DNA of 64,000 bases. Origin: a virus (Duplodnaviria > Caudoviricetes). Shown piece after piece: positions 36,963-46,095 of the stretch; the stretch's first letter is position 1, and each line of letters starts with the position of its first letter. Location of the stretch: IMG/VR virus record IMGVR_UViG_2894787282_000001, positions 53,387 to 117,386 of that record; one strand, written 5' to 3'. The position numbers and the translations under genes are program-made. The notes under the pieces are model-generated. The model did not search any database. It was not told where the DNA came from and saw nothing but the letters and a program-made list of their open reading frames with translations.

Positions 36963-37989
36963 GAAAAATGAAGTGGCGGTGGTGGGCAAGAAGGCTGGTG
37001 ATTTGGTAGAGATTACGGATTCCGGAAAACCAGAGTCTGTAGATCCATTTGCCATGGTGCTGGACTTGCCAGCAGATGCGCTGGTGGGGCGTGCAGTAGA
37101 GGCGCTGAATGTGGCCGAGCGCTTGAATATTGGTGCTGGTCTTTGTCTGCTGAAGGCGCGAGAGTTGTGCAGTACGGAATCCGTACTTTTTGACGACTTC
37201 CTAAAAAATCACAACTTCCCTCGGCCTCGTGCCTACGAGTTGATGGCCATTGCAGACGTTCTGCAACGCGCCACACCTGAAGATCGCAAGCGGCTGATGC
37301 AGCAGCCAAAGACCACGCTGATCGGCCTGGCCCGTATGGATGACGAAGTTCGCCAGCAGCTGCTGGACACCGGCAAGCTTGATGAGCGGCTCACGCTCAA
37401 CGAGTACAAGGCACTCCTAGAGCGCAAAGATGCGGAGCTGGCAACCCGCGGCTCTGCCATTGAAAAACTGACCGCCCAGGTGCGCACCGCCGAGCTGACC
37501 GGGCGCAAGGCGCTGGACGTGCAAACGCCGCTGACGGTGGCGCAGGTGCGCCGTGAGGCTGCCAGCTACGCACAAGATGCCTTGGCTTGTGTGCATGGGT
37601 TCACGGGGATGGCTAACCGGCTGGTGCCGCTGGACAACGAACCCTCAACGCGGGCCTGGGTGAAGCCTGCGGCGCTGTCTATGGTGTCGCTACTCGTAGC
37701 AGTGCAAGACGCGGTGGCATACCAGTTAAGCGAGCTTGTAAGCCAGTTTGAACTGGATGTGGAGCTGCCCAGCAAGGCTGAATTGCACTTGGCAACACCC
37801 GGGCCTGAAGAGGCAGAGCTGATTCGCCGGGCGATGACGGGGGTGCTGGTGGGGTTTGAAACCCGCCAGAGCCAGGTGGCGTATGCGCAGTACCAGGAGC
37901 AACGCGAAGCCAACCCCAGCAAAGGCGCACCGCGCAAAGCCCCCAAGGTGACCCAGGGCACAACGCGGGCGGGAGGGCTTAAAGCATGA
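36955..37989 (+). CDS. Hypothetical early protein (DUF3102-like N-region)
   Basis: GLCLLKARE..FDDFL..RAYELMAIA; GGAGG SD. Confidence 0.7.
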   Translation: MAKKNEVAVVGKKAGDLVEITDSGKPESVDPFAMVLDLPADALVGRAVEALNVAERLNIGAGLCLLKARELCSTESVLFDDFLKNHNFPRPRAYELMAIADVLQRATPEDRKRLMQQPKTTLIGLARMDDEVRQQLLDTGKLDERLTLNEYKALLERKDAELATRGSAIEKLTAQVRTAELTGRKALDVQTPLTVAQVRREAASYAQDALACVHGFTGMANRLVPLDNEPSTRAWVKPAALSMVSLLVAVQDAVAYQLSELVSQFELDVELPSKAELHLATPGPEEAELIRRAMTGVLVGFETRQSQVAYAQYQEQREANPSKGAPRKAPKVTQGTTRAGGLKA

Positions 37990-39647
37990 GCGCCGTAATG
38001 CGACTGCCCACAGGCCCTGGCCTTCTTGCGGTGCAAGCGGTGCCAGTTAGCCCCTTGATGATGGCAAACACAAAAGCGCGAGAACAGGCCCAGGCTTTGG
38101 CAACCTTGTTGGCAAGTGCTACGGGCGGTGCCGGTGCGGATGCAGAGGCGCAGGCACTGCGCAGCCGGGTGGCAGCAGCCCTGGCCGGTGCACCCGAGTA
38201 CGTGGCACTGCTGGTGGTGGCGCGCCAGGCGGGCGTGGTGCGGCCCAATGGGGCAATACAAAGCGTGCCGACGCTCAAAAGGGCCATTTTGAAGCACCGC
38301 AACGGGGGCACAGCGGCACTGCTCAAGCGGCACCAGGGCAGACCGATGCAAGTGCAGGAATGGCATGTGCGCGCCGCCCGCCTGTGGGCCAATCCGACCA
38401 AGCGCGGCTATGCAGATGTGGCCTGGAAGCTGCGCGGCGAAGGGTATGAGGTCACGGATGCGCAAGTGATGCGCTACATCAAAAGCCTGGGTGCCACGGT
38501 GGCCAGCCCGCGCAGTGCGGACCGGGTGGGCAAACACTTTTTCAAGCTCAACTACAAGCATCACAAGCGCCGCAACATGGACGAGGTGTTGGTGGGCGAG
38601 ATATACGCAGCCGATGGGCACACGGTGGACGCGTACATGGCACACCCCAGTACGGGCGGGCTGTATCGCCCCGAGCTGACCCTGTTCATGGACGTGAAGA
38701 GCCGCTACTTTGCTGGCTGGTGGCTGAGCGAGGCAGAAACAAAGGAGAGCACGCTGTTTGCGCTGAGCAGCGCCATGACAAGCCACGACCATGTGCCAGC
38801 GTGGGTTTACACAGACCACGGCTCTGGCTACCGCGCCAAGATGATGAGCGACGAGAACGTGGGCTTCTATGCCAAATTCTCCATCGCCACGATTGCCGCG
38901 CTACCCGGTAATGCCAACGGCAAGGGCTGGATTGAGCGCGCCTTTCGCACGGTGCGCGACAAGCATGACAAGTTCTTTGCCGATGGCCTGATGTATTGCG
39001 GCGACGACATGGCGCCAGAAATAAACCGCCGCCTGAGTGTTGACGTAGAGAAGGGCAAACGCAAGTTGCCCAGCTTTAACCAGTATGTGGACAGCCTGAC
39101 CGCATTTATTGAGCAGTACCACAACACGCCCATGGATGCGCTGGGCGGAAAAACACCTGCGCAGGTGTGGGCGGGGTTGGAGCGCGTGCCGGTGGGCATT
39201 GAGTTTGACGCGGTGGCACGCCCCAGCGTAGAGCGCACTGTGAGTCACCAAGAGGTGCGCCTGGACAACCGGCACTACTACAGCGAAATGCTGGCCGAGT
39301 GGGACGGCAAGAAGGTGGCCGTGGAATACGACCTGCACAACGATACCAAGGTGTGGGTGCGAACACCCAAAGGCGTGCTCATCTGCGAGGCACCCCTGGT
39401 GCACACGATTGGTATTTTGCCGACCGACCGTATGGAGGAGCGGCGGCTTGTGCGTGCCGCAGATGCCGTCAAGCGCAAGCAAAAACACATTGCAGAAGAC
39501 CTGGCGCGCAGCAGAGCACCCGTGGACGCCGCCAGCCAGGCCGCTGCCATTGAGGCGTTGACCTATGCCCCCAGCCCGGCGCTGCCCGCCCCGCGTGTGG
39601 ATGACGATTTCAAAGTTGATCTCTTAAATTGGAGGAAAGACCAGTGA
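37986..39647 (+). CDS. Mu-type DDE transposase A
   Basis: AADGH (D), YTDHGSGY (D), GKGWIERAF (E), Mu C-terminal domain. Confidence 0.93.
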   Translation: MSAVMRLPTGPGLLAVQAVPVSPLMMANTKAREQAQALATLLASATGGAGADAEAQALRSRVAAALAGAPEYVALLVVARQAGVVRPNGAIQSVPTLKRAILKHRNGGTAALLKRHQGRPMQVQEWHVRAARLWANPTKRGYADVAWKLRGEGYEVTDAQVMRYIKSLGATVASPRSADRVGKHFFKLNYKHHKRRNMDEVLVGEIYAADGHTVDAYMAHPSTGGLYRPELTLFMDVKSRYFAGWWLSEAETKESTLFALSSAMTSHDHVPAWVYTDHGSGYRAKMMSDENVGFYAKFSIATIAALPGNANGKGWIERAFRTVRDKHDKFFADGLMYCGDDMAPEINRRLSVDVEKGKRKLPSFNQYVDSLTAFIEQYHNTPMDALGGKTPAQVWAGLERVPVGIEFDAVARPSVERTVSHQEVRLDNRHYYSEMLAEWDGKKVAVEYDLHNDTKVWVRTPKGVLICEAPLVHTIGILPTDRMEERRLVRAADAVKRKQKHIAEDLARSRAPVDAASQAAAIEALTYAPSPALPAPRVDDDFKVDLLNWRKDQ

Positions 39648-40645
39648 GCACTCCCGCAACTGAAACACAGAACGCCTTGCCAGGCATGGCTAGCGCCCCG
39701 ACTGCCTACACACCACAAGATGTGTCCAAGGTGGATGCGGTCAAGAAGTGGCTGGAGGACCGCAAGAAGAGCCGTGCCTGGCTGAGCAAGAAGGCCGACA
39801 TCCCCAGCGGCACGCTGAGCCAGATTCTGAGCGGCAAATACGTCAGCAGCCCGACCCGCCAGCTCAATCAGATGCTGTCGGTGCTGGACGTGGAAGCTGA
39901 TCGCCTGAAGGATGGCACGCCTGGCTATGTGAGGGGCAGCGTGCACAAGCTGATGGTCGTGGTGTGTGACCGCACCCGCAAGCACCAGAACTTTGGCGTG
40001 ATCACCGGCTATGTGGGCGTGGGCAAAAGCCGCTTCTGTGCTGAGTACCACGAAACCAACCCGATGACGCTGCTGGTCGAAGTCAGCCCCAACATGACGC
40101 CTGGTGTGCTGATGACCGAGCTGCTGGAGCAGTTGAACAACGCGGTGCCTGCCGGGCTGGACCGCAAGTTCCGCGAGCTGGTGCGGGTGCTCAAGGGCAC
40201 CAACTATCTGATCGTGGCTGATGAGGCCGAGAAGATGAGCAGCAGCGCGCTGGAACACCTGCGCCGCCTGCGCGACATGGCCATGGTAGGCGTGGTTCTG
40301 GTGGGCACCGAGAAGCTGACCAGCCTGATCAAGCCGCAGCACGGCCAGTTTGACCAGGTGCGCAGCCGGGTGGGCATGTGGCCTGAGACGATCCAGTGCA
40401 TCAGTCGCGACGACGCTGACGACATGGTGCGCGCCGCCCTGGCGGATGCCGGTGAGCTGAGTGATGACGTGCTGGACACCTTGTGGGCTTATTGCGATGG
40501 CAGTGCCCGTGTCCTCAATGAGAACCTGATCCCGGCTGTACGGGACTACGGCATGGGTAGCCTGCCCCTGTCAAGCCGGATGATTGAGACGATTGCCGCC
40601 AGCGTGCTGTTCATGTCCAAGCCACGTGTCGAGGTGACGAAATGA
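39644..40645 (+). CDS. Transposition protein B (HTH + AAA ATPase)
   Basis: GYVGVGKS, IVADEAE; GTG start after GGAGG. Confidence 0.92.
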   Translation: MSTPATETQNALPGMASAPTAYTPQDVSKVDAVKKWLEDRKKSRAWLSKKADIPSGTLSQILSGKYVSSPTRQLNQMLSVLDVEADRLKDGTPGYVRGSVHKLMVVVCDRTRKHQNFGVITGYVGVGKSRFCAEYHETNPMTLLVEVSPNMTPGVLMTELLEQLNNAVPAGLDRKFRELVRVLKGTNYLIVADEAEKMSSSALEHLRRLRDMAMVGVVLVGTEKLTSLIKPQHGQFDQVRSRVGMWPETIQCISRDDADDMVRAALADAGELSDDVLDTLWAYCDGSARVLNENLIPAVRDYGMGSLPLSSRMIETIAASVLFMSKPRVEVTK

Positions 40646-40869
40646 TGGCCGCGCCGATGGCCGTAGCTGCCCCGCAGGCCGCAGCCAACGCACCAGGCCA
40701 ATTGCTGGCGTGCCGAGTGGTGATCAAGATGGAAGACGGCTCACGCGGTGAGCACAACGGTTTGTACTATCACCGCATGGATGCGCTGAATCGGGCGCTG
40801 GACCTGTTCCCCGATGCCAAGGTGATCGTCAGCTTGTCGGGTGGCAAAGCCCACCGGAGCGCATCATGA
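40642..40869 (+). CDS. Hypothetical protein
   Basis: ATGA overlaps. Confidence 0.6.
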   Translation: MMAAPMAVAAPQAAANAPGQLLACRVVIKMEDGSRGEHNGLYYHRMDALNRALDLFPDAKVIVSLSGGKAHRSAS

Positions 40870-41249
40870 GCAAGAACCACACCTGTCATGAGCTGGGCGT
40901 GTGTAACAGCCGCCATTGCAGCGACGTGAGCGCCTGCCCCGACTATGACCTGCTGGCGTGTAACGACACGGCTTGCCAGGGTCATGCCGAGATTGCGGCC
41001 AAGGGCCTTTGCCCCAGCCTTCTCCCGAAGCGCCGGTTTACCGACCGGCCCGGCGTGGCCCGAGAGGCTTACCCGCAGCCCACTTTCCCGTTTGCGCCAG
41101 GCGTGATTCAAGGGCCGAAATGGCGGACTGATGTCTACCCCCTGGAGGATGAGCACGCCGCCCTGAAAGCGCTGCATCGGGCGCAGATTGTGGTGGTTTT
41201 GATCGTATTGGCGCTGGTCGGCGCAAGGTGGTTCTATGTCACACACTGA
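40866..41249 (+). CDS. Cys-rich protein with C-terminal TM
   Basis: CHELGVC..., FPFAPGVI, hydrophobic end. Confidence 0.6.
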   Translation: MSKNHTCHELGVCNSRHCSDVSACPDYDLLACNDTACQGHAEIAAKGLCPSLLPKRRFTDRPGVAREAYPQPTFPFAPGVIQGPKWRTDVYPLEDEHAALKALHRAQIVVVLIVLALVGARWFYVTH

Positions 41250-41847
41250 TCTGAGCTGCCCCGTGTGTGGCACCGGTCTGAGCATCGCCCACCTGCTGGT
41301 CGATGCGGATGACCGCGCCGCTGTGGTGCGCCTGCTGGCCCTGAGTACGCCTGTGGGCGCTGCTGTGGGCCGCTACATCAGCCTGTTCACCCCACCCAAA
41401 ACAAGCCTGACCCTGCGCAAGCAAGTGCGCATCGTGCTGCAGTTGCTGCCCGACCTTGAGCGCCGAGCCATCACCCACCGTGGGCGCGATTGGCAGGTTC
41501 CCCTGAAGGTGTGGGAGGCAGGCATTGACCAGATGCTGGCCGCTCGCGATGCCGGTAAGTTGGATTTGCCAATGAAGGGGCACGCCTATCTGTATTCGAT
41601 CTTGATGAGCATGGCTGACAAGACCGAAGCCGTTGCAGAGGCGCAATCCGAAGCGCAGCGCCGCACGCCTGCGGCCACCTACCAGGTGCGCGGGCAAACC
41701 ATGCCGATGGGCCAGGCGCTGGATCAGGTGTTTGGTGGCGTTGACCCAGAGCTGGCAAGGAGGAAGGCCGAGGCGAGCCAAGCCGCACCTGTACCTGCAG
41801 AGGCGCGTGCCCTGCTGCAGAACCTGAAGCAAAGCATGAAACCCTGA
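41236..41847 (+). CDS. Mu-like phage hypothetical protein (CPVC zinc knuckle)
   Basis: CPVCG..YISLF.P..LPMKGHAYL. Confidence 0.75.
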   Translation: MSHTDLSCPVCGTGLSIAHLLVDADDRAAVVRLLALSTPVGAAVGRYISLFTPPKTSLTLRKQVRIVLQLLPDLERRAITHRGRDWQVPLKVWEAGIDQMLAARDAGKLDLPMKGHAYLYSILMSMADKTEAVAEAQSEAQRRTPAATYQVRGQTMPMGQALDQVFGGVDPELARRKAEASQAAPVPAEARALLQNLKQSMKP

Positions 41848-41873
41848 TTTTTACAACTGAGAAGGAACTGACC

Positions 41874-42497
41874 GTGAGTGAACAAAAAGAAACTGTGCCT
41901 GCTGGCTACTGGAAGGATGCCAATGGCTCCCTGGTGCCGGTGGGAAAGATCAAGGAAATCGACAAGCTGCGCCACCAGTGTGTGACCGGCCTGGCCGAAG
42001 CCGCCAAGAAGGCCAGCGCCGACCTGTTGTCTTTCAAGTTGTGCGCCATGCAGGAAGTCCAGGCGTTCATTGATACGAGCCTGGCCACCTATGACGTGCG
42101 CCAGGGCGGCAAGAAGGGCAATGTCTCTCTGGTGTCGTTTGACGGGCGCTACAAGATCACACGCACCATGCAGGACACCATCGTGTTTGACGAACGCCTG
42201 CAGGCGGCCAAGGCACTGGTGGACGAATGTGTGAAGGCCTGGAGCAAAGGCAGCAACGACAACATCAAGGTGTTGGTCAACAACGCCTTCCAGGTGGACA
42301 AAGCCGGTGCGGTCAATGTGGGCCGCATTCTGAACCTTCGCACGCTTGAGATCGCAGATGAGAAATGGCAACGGGCCATGAAGGCCATCGGCGACAGCAT
42401 GAAAGTTCATTCCACCAAGCCGTATATTCGTTTTTACGAATTGGATGAGCAGGCTGGTGATTACGTGCCGATCTCACTGGATGTGGCGGCGCTATGA
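41874..42497 (+). CDS. DUF3164-like protein
   Basis: GYWKDANGSLVP, GGKKGNVSL.SFDG, AFQVDK. Confidence 0.85.
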   Translation: MSEQKETVPAGYWKDANGSLVPVGKIKEIDKLRHQCVTGLAEAAKKASADLLSFKLCAMQEVQAFIDTSLATYDVRQGGKKGNVSLVSFDGRYKITRTMQDTIVFDERLQAAKALVDECVKAWSKGSNDNIKVLVNNAFQVDKAGAVNVGRILNLRTLEIADEKWQRAMKAIGDSMKVHSTKPYIRFYELDEQAGDYVPISLDVAAL

Positions 42498-42745
42498 GCC
42501 AGGATACAGCTGCCCATCGCCCGGTCAGGTTGCAGATGAACACCAAGGGTGCCTGGCGTGACGTGCTGGACTTTGATTGCGCGGATGAAGATCGGGTCAA
42601 GACTGCGGCCGAGCTGCTCTTCAGAGGCGACAAGCGGGTGACATTGCGGGTGATCGCGCCAAAGCTGCCCGGCCCGCCGCTGATGTGCTGGTCTGATGCC
42701 ACGGGCTGGCGGGTGTGGGGGGAGCGTCATGCCAATCAAGCCTGA
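42494..42745 (+). CDS. Hypothetical protein
   Basis: LQMNTKGAWRDVLDFD; ATGA overlap. Confidence 0.65.
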   Translation: MSQDTAAHRPVRLQMNTKGAWRDVLDFDCADEDRVKTAAELLFRGDKRVTLRVIAPKLPGPPLMCWSDATGWRVWGERHANQA

Positions 42746-43136
42746 AAACCGCTCTCGCTATCCAAAGGACTGGCCGGAGATTCACCTGGCCATATTGGAG
42801 CGTGCCAAATACCGCTGTGAGTGGCCTGGCTGTGGTGCGGGTCACCATCATGTTGGCTATTGGCGCGGTGAGCAGTTTGTGCGGATGCCCCAGGTGCTGA
42901 AAGATGCTGGATACAAAGCTGGCGATATTGTCATTTGCTCAGACCGCTCCGAACTCAAACTGCTGCGGATCGTGCTGACCATCGCCCACAAGGACCACAC
43001 GCCCGAGCACTGCCACCCTGACAACCTGGCTGCCTGGTGCCAGCGACACCACCTGGCGTATGACCAGGAGCACCACAAGACCACGGCCTACATGTCGCGC
43101 AAACAGCGCGCCTGCACTCTGGAGCTACCACTATGA
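42729..43136 (+). CDS. HNH-like zinc-binding protein
   Basis: RCEWPGC..LTIAHKDH.PE.C..DNLAAWCQRHH. Confidence 0.8.
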   Translation: MPIKPENRSRYPKDWPEIHLAILERAKYRCEWPGCGAGHHHVGYWRGEQFVRMPQVLKDAGYKAGDIVICSDRSELKLLRIVLTIAHKDHTPEHCHPDNLAAWCQRHHLAYDQEHHKTTAYMSRKQRACTLELPL

Positions 43137-43612
43137 GCAAGGCTGCAACCGATGTTCAGCGCAAGCGCGAGCTGGCCCTGATCCACCTGGCCAAGGCCAC
43201 GCTTGGTCTGAGCCGGGCTGACTATGAGCACGTGTTGCGCACGGTCACGGGCGAAACCAGTGCCGCCGATCTGGATGCGGCCGGGCGTGACAAGCTGCTC
43301 AAACACTTCAAGGCCAAGGGCTTCCAGGTCAAACCGACGCTCAAGTCAAAGCAGACCCGCACGGCGGCTGAGCAGCCGCAGGTGCGCAAGCTGCGGGCCA
43401 TGTGGTACGCGCTGGCTGAAGTGGGTGCGGTGGCGCAGCCGACCAGCCCTGGCGCCTGTGATCTGTTGTTAGAAGCCTGGGCCAAGCGCCAACTCAATGG
43501 CACCCGCCTGGGGCCGCTGGATGCGCTGCGGTTTGCCTCTGGCGAGCAGTTGAACAAGCTGATTGAGGAAATGAAGGCCTGGGGCCTGCGCGTGGGAGCC
43601 AAGATCAAATGA
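43133..43612 (+). CDS. GemA/gp16-like regulatory protein
   Basis: LALIHLAK..LG...YEHVL..TG.TSAADL..KLRAMW. Confidence 0.85.
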   Translation: MSKAATDVQRKRELALIHLAKATLGLSRADYEHVLRTVTGETSAADLDAAGRDKLLKHFKAKGFQVKPTLKSKQTRTAAEQPQVRKLRAMWYALAEVGAVAQPTSPGACDLLLEAWAKRQLNGTRLGPLDALRFASGEQLNKLIEEMKAWGLRVGAKIK

Positions 43613-44082
43613 GCCGCCCGGCCCCCAAGCTGACCGTCAAGCCGCAGGCGTTGCCCGCTGCCCTGCGCGAGCTGGCGCGGGTGCTGGGTGACTCTGACGC
43701 GCTGCGCCTGGTGGGCATGCATGGCGGGGCGCGGGTGTCGGTGCCCAAGCAGGCACGGGCTGATCACCCACTGCGCATGGCGCTGGGTGAGGAGGCTTTT
43801 GGGCGACTGGTGGCGGAATACGCAGGCGAGACGATTGAGCTGCCCAAGGGCGACGCCTACTTGCGCGAGCTGCGCCACGACCAGGTGCGCCAGTGCCGTG
43901 AGCAGGGCCTGACGGTAGATGAGACAGCCGAGGCGGTGGGCTACAGCCGCCGCCATGTGATCAACATCATTGGCGGGCATGCCGACGGCACCGATACGCT
44001 GACGATGGATATGTTTGAGGAGGCACCCTGCTCTTACGCTGGGCAAGCCAATGACCCGTTTGGGATGGGGGCACGGGGATGA
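43609..44082 (+). CDS. Mor/C-family transcription activator
   Basis: HGGARVSVP..YAGETIELPK..C-terminal HTH. Confidence 0.85.
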   Translation: MSRPAPKLTVKPQALPAALRELARVLGDSDALRLVGMHGGARVSVPKQARADHPLRMALGEEAFGRLVAEYAGETIELPKGDAYLRELRHDQVRQCREQGLTVDETAEAVGYSRRHVINIIGGHADGTDTLTMDMFEEAPCSYAGQANDPFGMGARG

Positions 44083-44290
44083 CTCCGCAGGTTTGCGGAG
44101 TCCTTAACCGGCGCAATTTTGCGCCGGTCTCAAACGCCTTTTTTTGTTCCGCTGGAACTTGTGCTAAATTCCGCGTGCACCTGAAAAAAACAGGTGTGGG
44201 TCTTGACAGGGCTCAAAAACCTAAGCGACTCTTAGAGCCGCTTGGACACCGCACAGGTCTAGCGGCTTTTTCGTTTGCGCTATCAATTTT

Positions 44291-44366
44291 GGTGGCTCGA
44301 ATGGGAGGGCGCGAGCCCTGCCGGTTTCCCTTGGGTTTCCCGGTCTGTCAACCCGTTCGAGCCACC
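44291..44366 (+). ncRNA. C4-type antisense RNA
   Basis: Closing stem GGTGGCTCGAATGGG/CCCGTTCGAGCCACC, GNRA hairpin AGGGC-GCGA-GCCCT, CCGG hairpin, unpaired CTGTCAA complementary to TTGACAG at 44203 and 44373. Confidence 0.82.
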
Positions 44367-44417
44367 GCCCGATTGACAGCGAGCGATGGTTTCTCAACTG
44401 AAACGTAAGGAGTCGAT

Positions 44418-44978
44418 ATGACTAATTTTTCTCTTTCAAATTTCAACAGCAACACCCTGACTATGGGCAGCCAGGAATTGGCTAGCCTCACGCAAACACG
44501 CCATGACAGCGTCAAACGAACTATCGAGACACTGGCCCAAAAAGGGGCCGTAAAGCAACTTCCACAAATTGTGGAAGTTACCAACCACCTTGGACAACGT
44601 GTGCAGGAATACCACCTGAACCAGCGTGACACGATGGTGGTGGTGGCCCGCTTGAACCCGCAATTCATGGCCCGTGTGGTAGACCGCTGGATGGAATTGG
44701 AGGCCAAACAAGCCCCCGACACTGAGCGCGTGGCCCAGCTCGAAGCGGCTTTGCTGCGCAGCAACCCGCAGTGGGTGCAGACCATCCGCCTGCGCGGCGC
44801 TGGCCTGGAGGGCTGGGAGATTGCGCGGGTGCTGGAGGTGAGCCGCACCAAGCAAGAAAAGATTGTGCGTGCCATTCGCGCCGCAGGCCTGGGGCATTTG
44901 CTGCCCGCCACCGCCAAGCCACCCGTGGGCCACAAGCTGGCTGCAGCGCCCAGCACCCAAATGGCGCTGGAGGTCTGA
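44418..44978 (+). CDS. Rha-family regulator/antirepressor
   Basis: TMGSQELA.LT..RHDSVKRTIE..VVDRWMELE; TAAGGAG SD. Confidence 0.85.
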   Translation: MTNFSLSNFNSNTLTMGSQELASLTQTRHDSVKRTIETLAQKGAVKQLPQIVEVTNHLGQRVQEYHLNQRDTMVVVARLNPQFMARVVDRWMELEAKQAPDTERVAQLEAALLRSNPQWVQTIRLRGAGLEGWEIARVLEVSRTKQEKIVRAIRAAGLGHLLPATAKPPVGHKLAAAPSTQMALEV

Positions 44979-44981
44979 ACC

Positions 44982-45260
44982 ATGAGCGCCTCTGTACAAG
45001 CCATTTACCCCAGCACCCGCCAGCAACGCGCCGCCTACAGCGTGGTGGATGCGGTGGACGATCTGGACGCCCAACTGGGCGCGCTGCGCGCCGTGGAGTG
45101 CCTGGCCATCAATGAGAAGGTGGGTAGCGAGGAATACCTGCCACAGCTCAAGCGCGAAGACCTGGCGATGCTGCTGTCGGTGCTGACCAGCAACCTGCAA
45201 ACCCATTGCGCCACGGCGCGTGAAGCGGCGGTGGCCTCTGCCAAGGGGGTGGCCGCATGA
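44982..45260 (+). CDS. Hypothetical protein
   Basis: GGAGG SD. Confidence 0.65.
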   Translation: MSASVQAIYPSTRQQRAAYSVVDAVDDLDAQLGALRAVECLAINEKVGSEEYLPQLKREDLAMLLSVLTSNLQTHCATAREAAVASAKGVAA

Positions 45261-45925
45261 TTGTGGGGCAACACCGGGGGAACTTCCCCAAAGGCATAGC
45301 AGGTGAGCCAGCGCAGGCCAAGCGGCTGCGGTATGAAGATTGGCTGATTGCCACGCGTGAGCGCCTGTTGACTGGCGCTGAGTTTGCAGCGCAGTTGGGC
45401 GGTGCCACAGAAGACCGCAAACATCTTGACCCGGAGTTTGATGCGGTGATGTATCAGCCGGGGCGCACGGCCGCGGTGACACGCCCGAGCAAGACGCTGG
45501 CGATTCGGGCGCGCTGCTGGCAGTGTGTGAGCGGTGATGATGACGATGGCGGCACCACGCGCATTGCGGTGTGCAGCAGCACCGGGTGTGCCTTGCATTC
45601 GGTGCGGCCCTACCAGCCCGAGGGCGCACGGGTGAAGCGCCTGCCCCGCGCTGATGCCGACGTGAGCGGGGCAGGCCTGCACCGGTTGGACCATGGTGCC
45701 AAGGCGGTGGCCAACCCGGGAAACATTGGGCTGGCAGTGCGCGGCTACTGTCACCAGTGCTGCGGCGGGCGCTCAGATGTGGGTACCATGCGGGAAGCCC
45801 AGGGATGTGCTGTAGCGAACTGTGGGCTTTGGCGGGTTCGGCCGGGGGCAAATAGTGGTGGCGATCTGCCTTTGGGGGCTCAGGATGATTTGAGGGGGGA
45901 GTCGGTGGCATCAGAGGGCGTTTGA
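45257..45925 (+). CDS. Protein with two tandem C4 zinc-finger-like repeats
   Basis: AIRARCWQC..C....C.L..VRP repeated as AVRGYCHQC..C....C.L..VRP. Confidence 0.7.
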   Translation: MIVGQHRGNFPKGIAGEPAQAKRLRYEDWLIATRERLLTGAEFAAQLGGATEDRKHLDPEFDAVMYQPGRTAAVTRPSKTLAIRARCWQCVSGDDDDGGTTRIAVCSSTGCALHSVRPYQPEGARVKRLPRADADVSGAGLHRLDHGAKAVANPGNIGLAVRGYCHQCCGGRSDVGTMREAQGCAVANCGLWRVRPGANSGGDLPLGAQDDLRGESVASEGV

Positions 45926-46043
45926 AACCGAGTTTGAAGCCGTTTAAAAGGGGGTTCGGCGCGACCAACAAAGAAAGTTGATACCAGCGCACCCCCGAAG
46001 CCCTGAAAGGCCCTGTAGTTCACACTGCAGGGCCTTTGCTTTT

Positions 46044-46088
46044 GGGGAACTGTTTCACCATGACCTGACGCCCCATGCCCGGCAAAGT
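46044..46088 (+). promoter_or_regulatory. Late promoter (head operon)
   Basis: GGGGAA-CTGT-TTCACC, 23 nt, CAAAGT. Confidence 0.72.
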
Positions 46089-46095
46089 ACAGGGC

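Noticed and set aside
44079-44408. 109-aa Ash-like ORF
   Set aside because: Its recognisable motif coincides with the C4 RNA stems, so it is probably a by-product of RNA conservation. Translation is not excluded.
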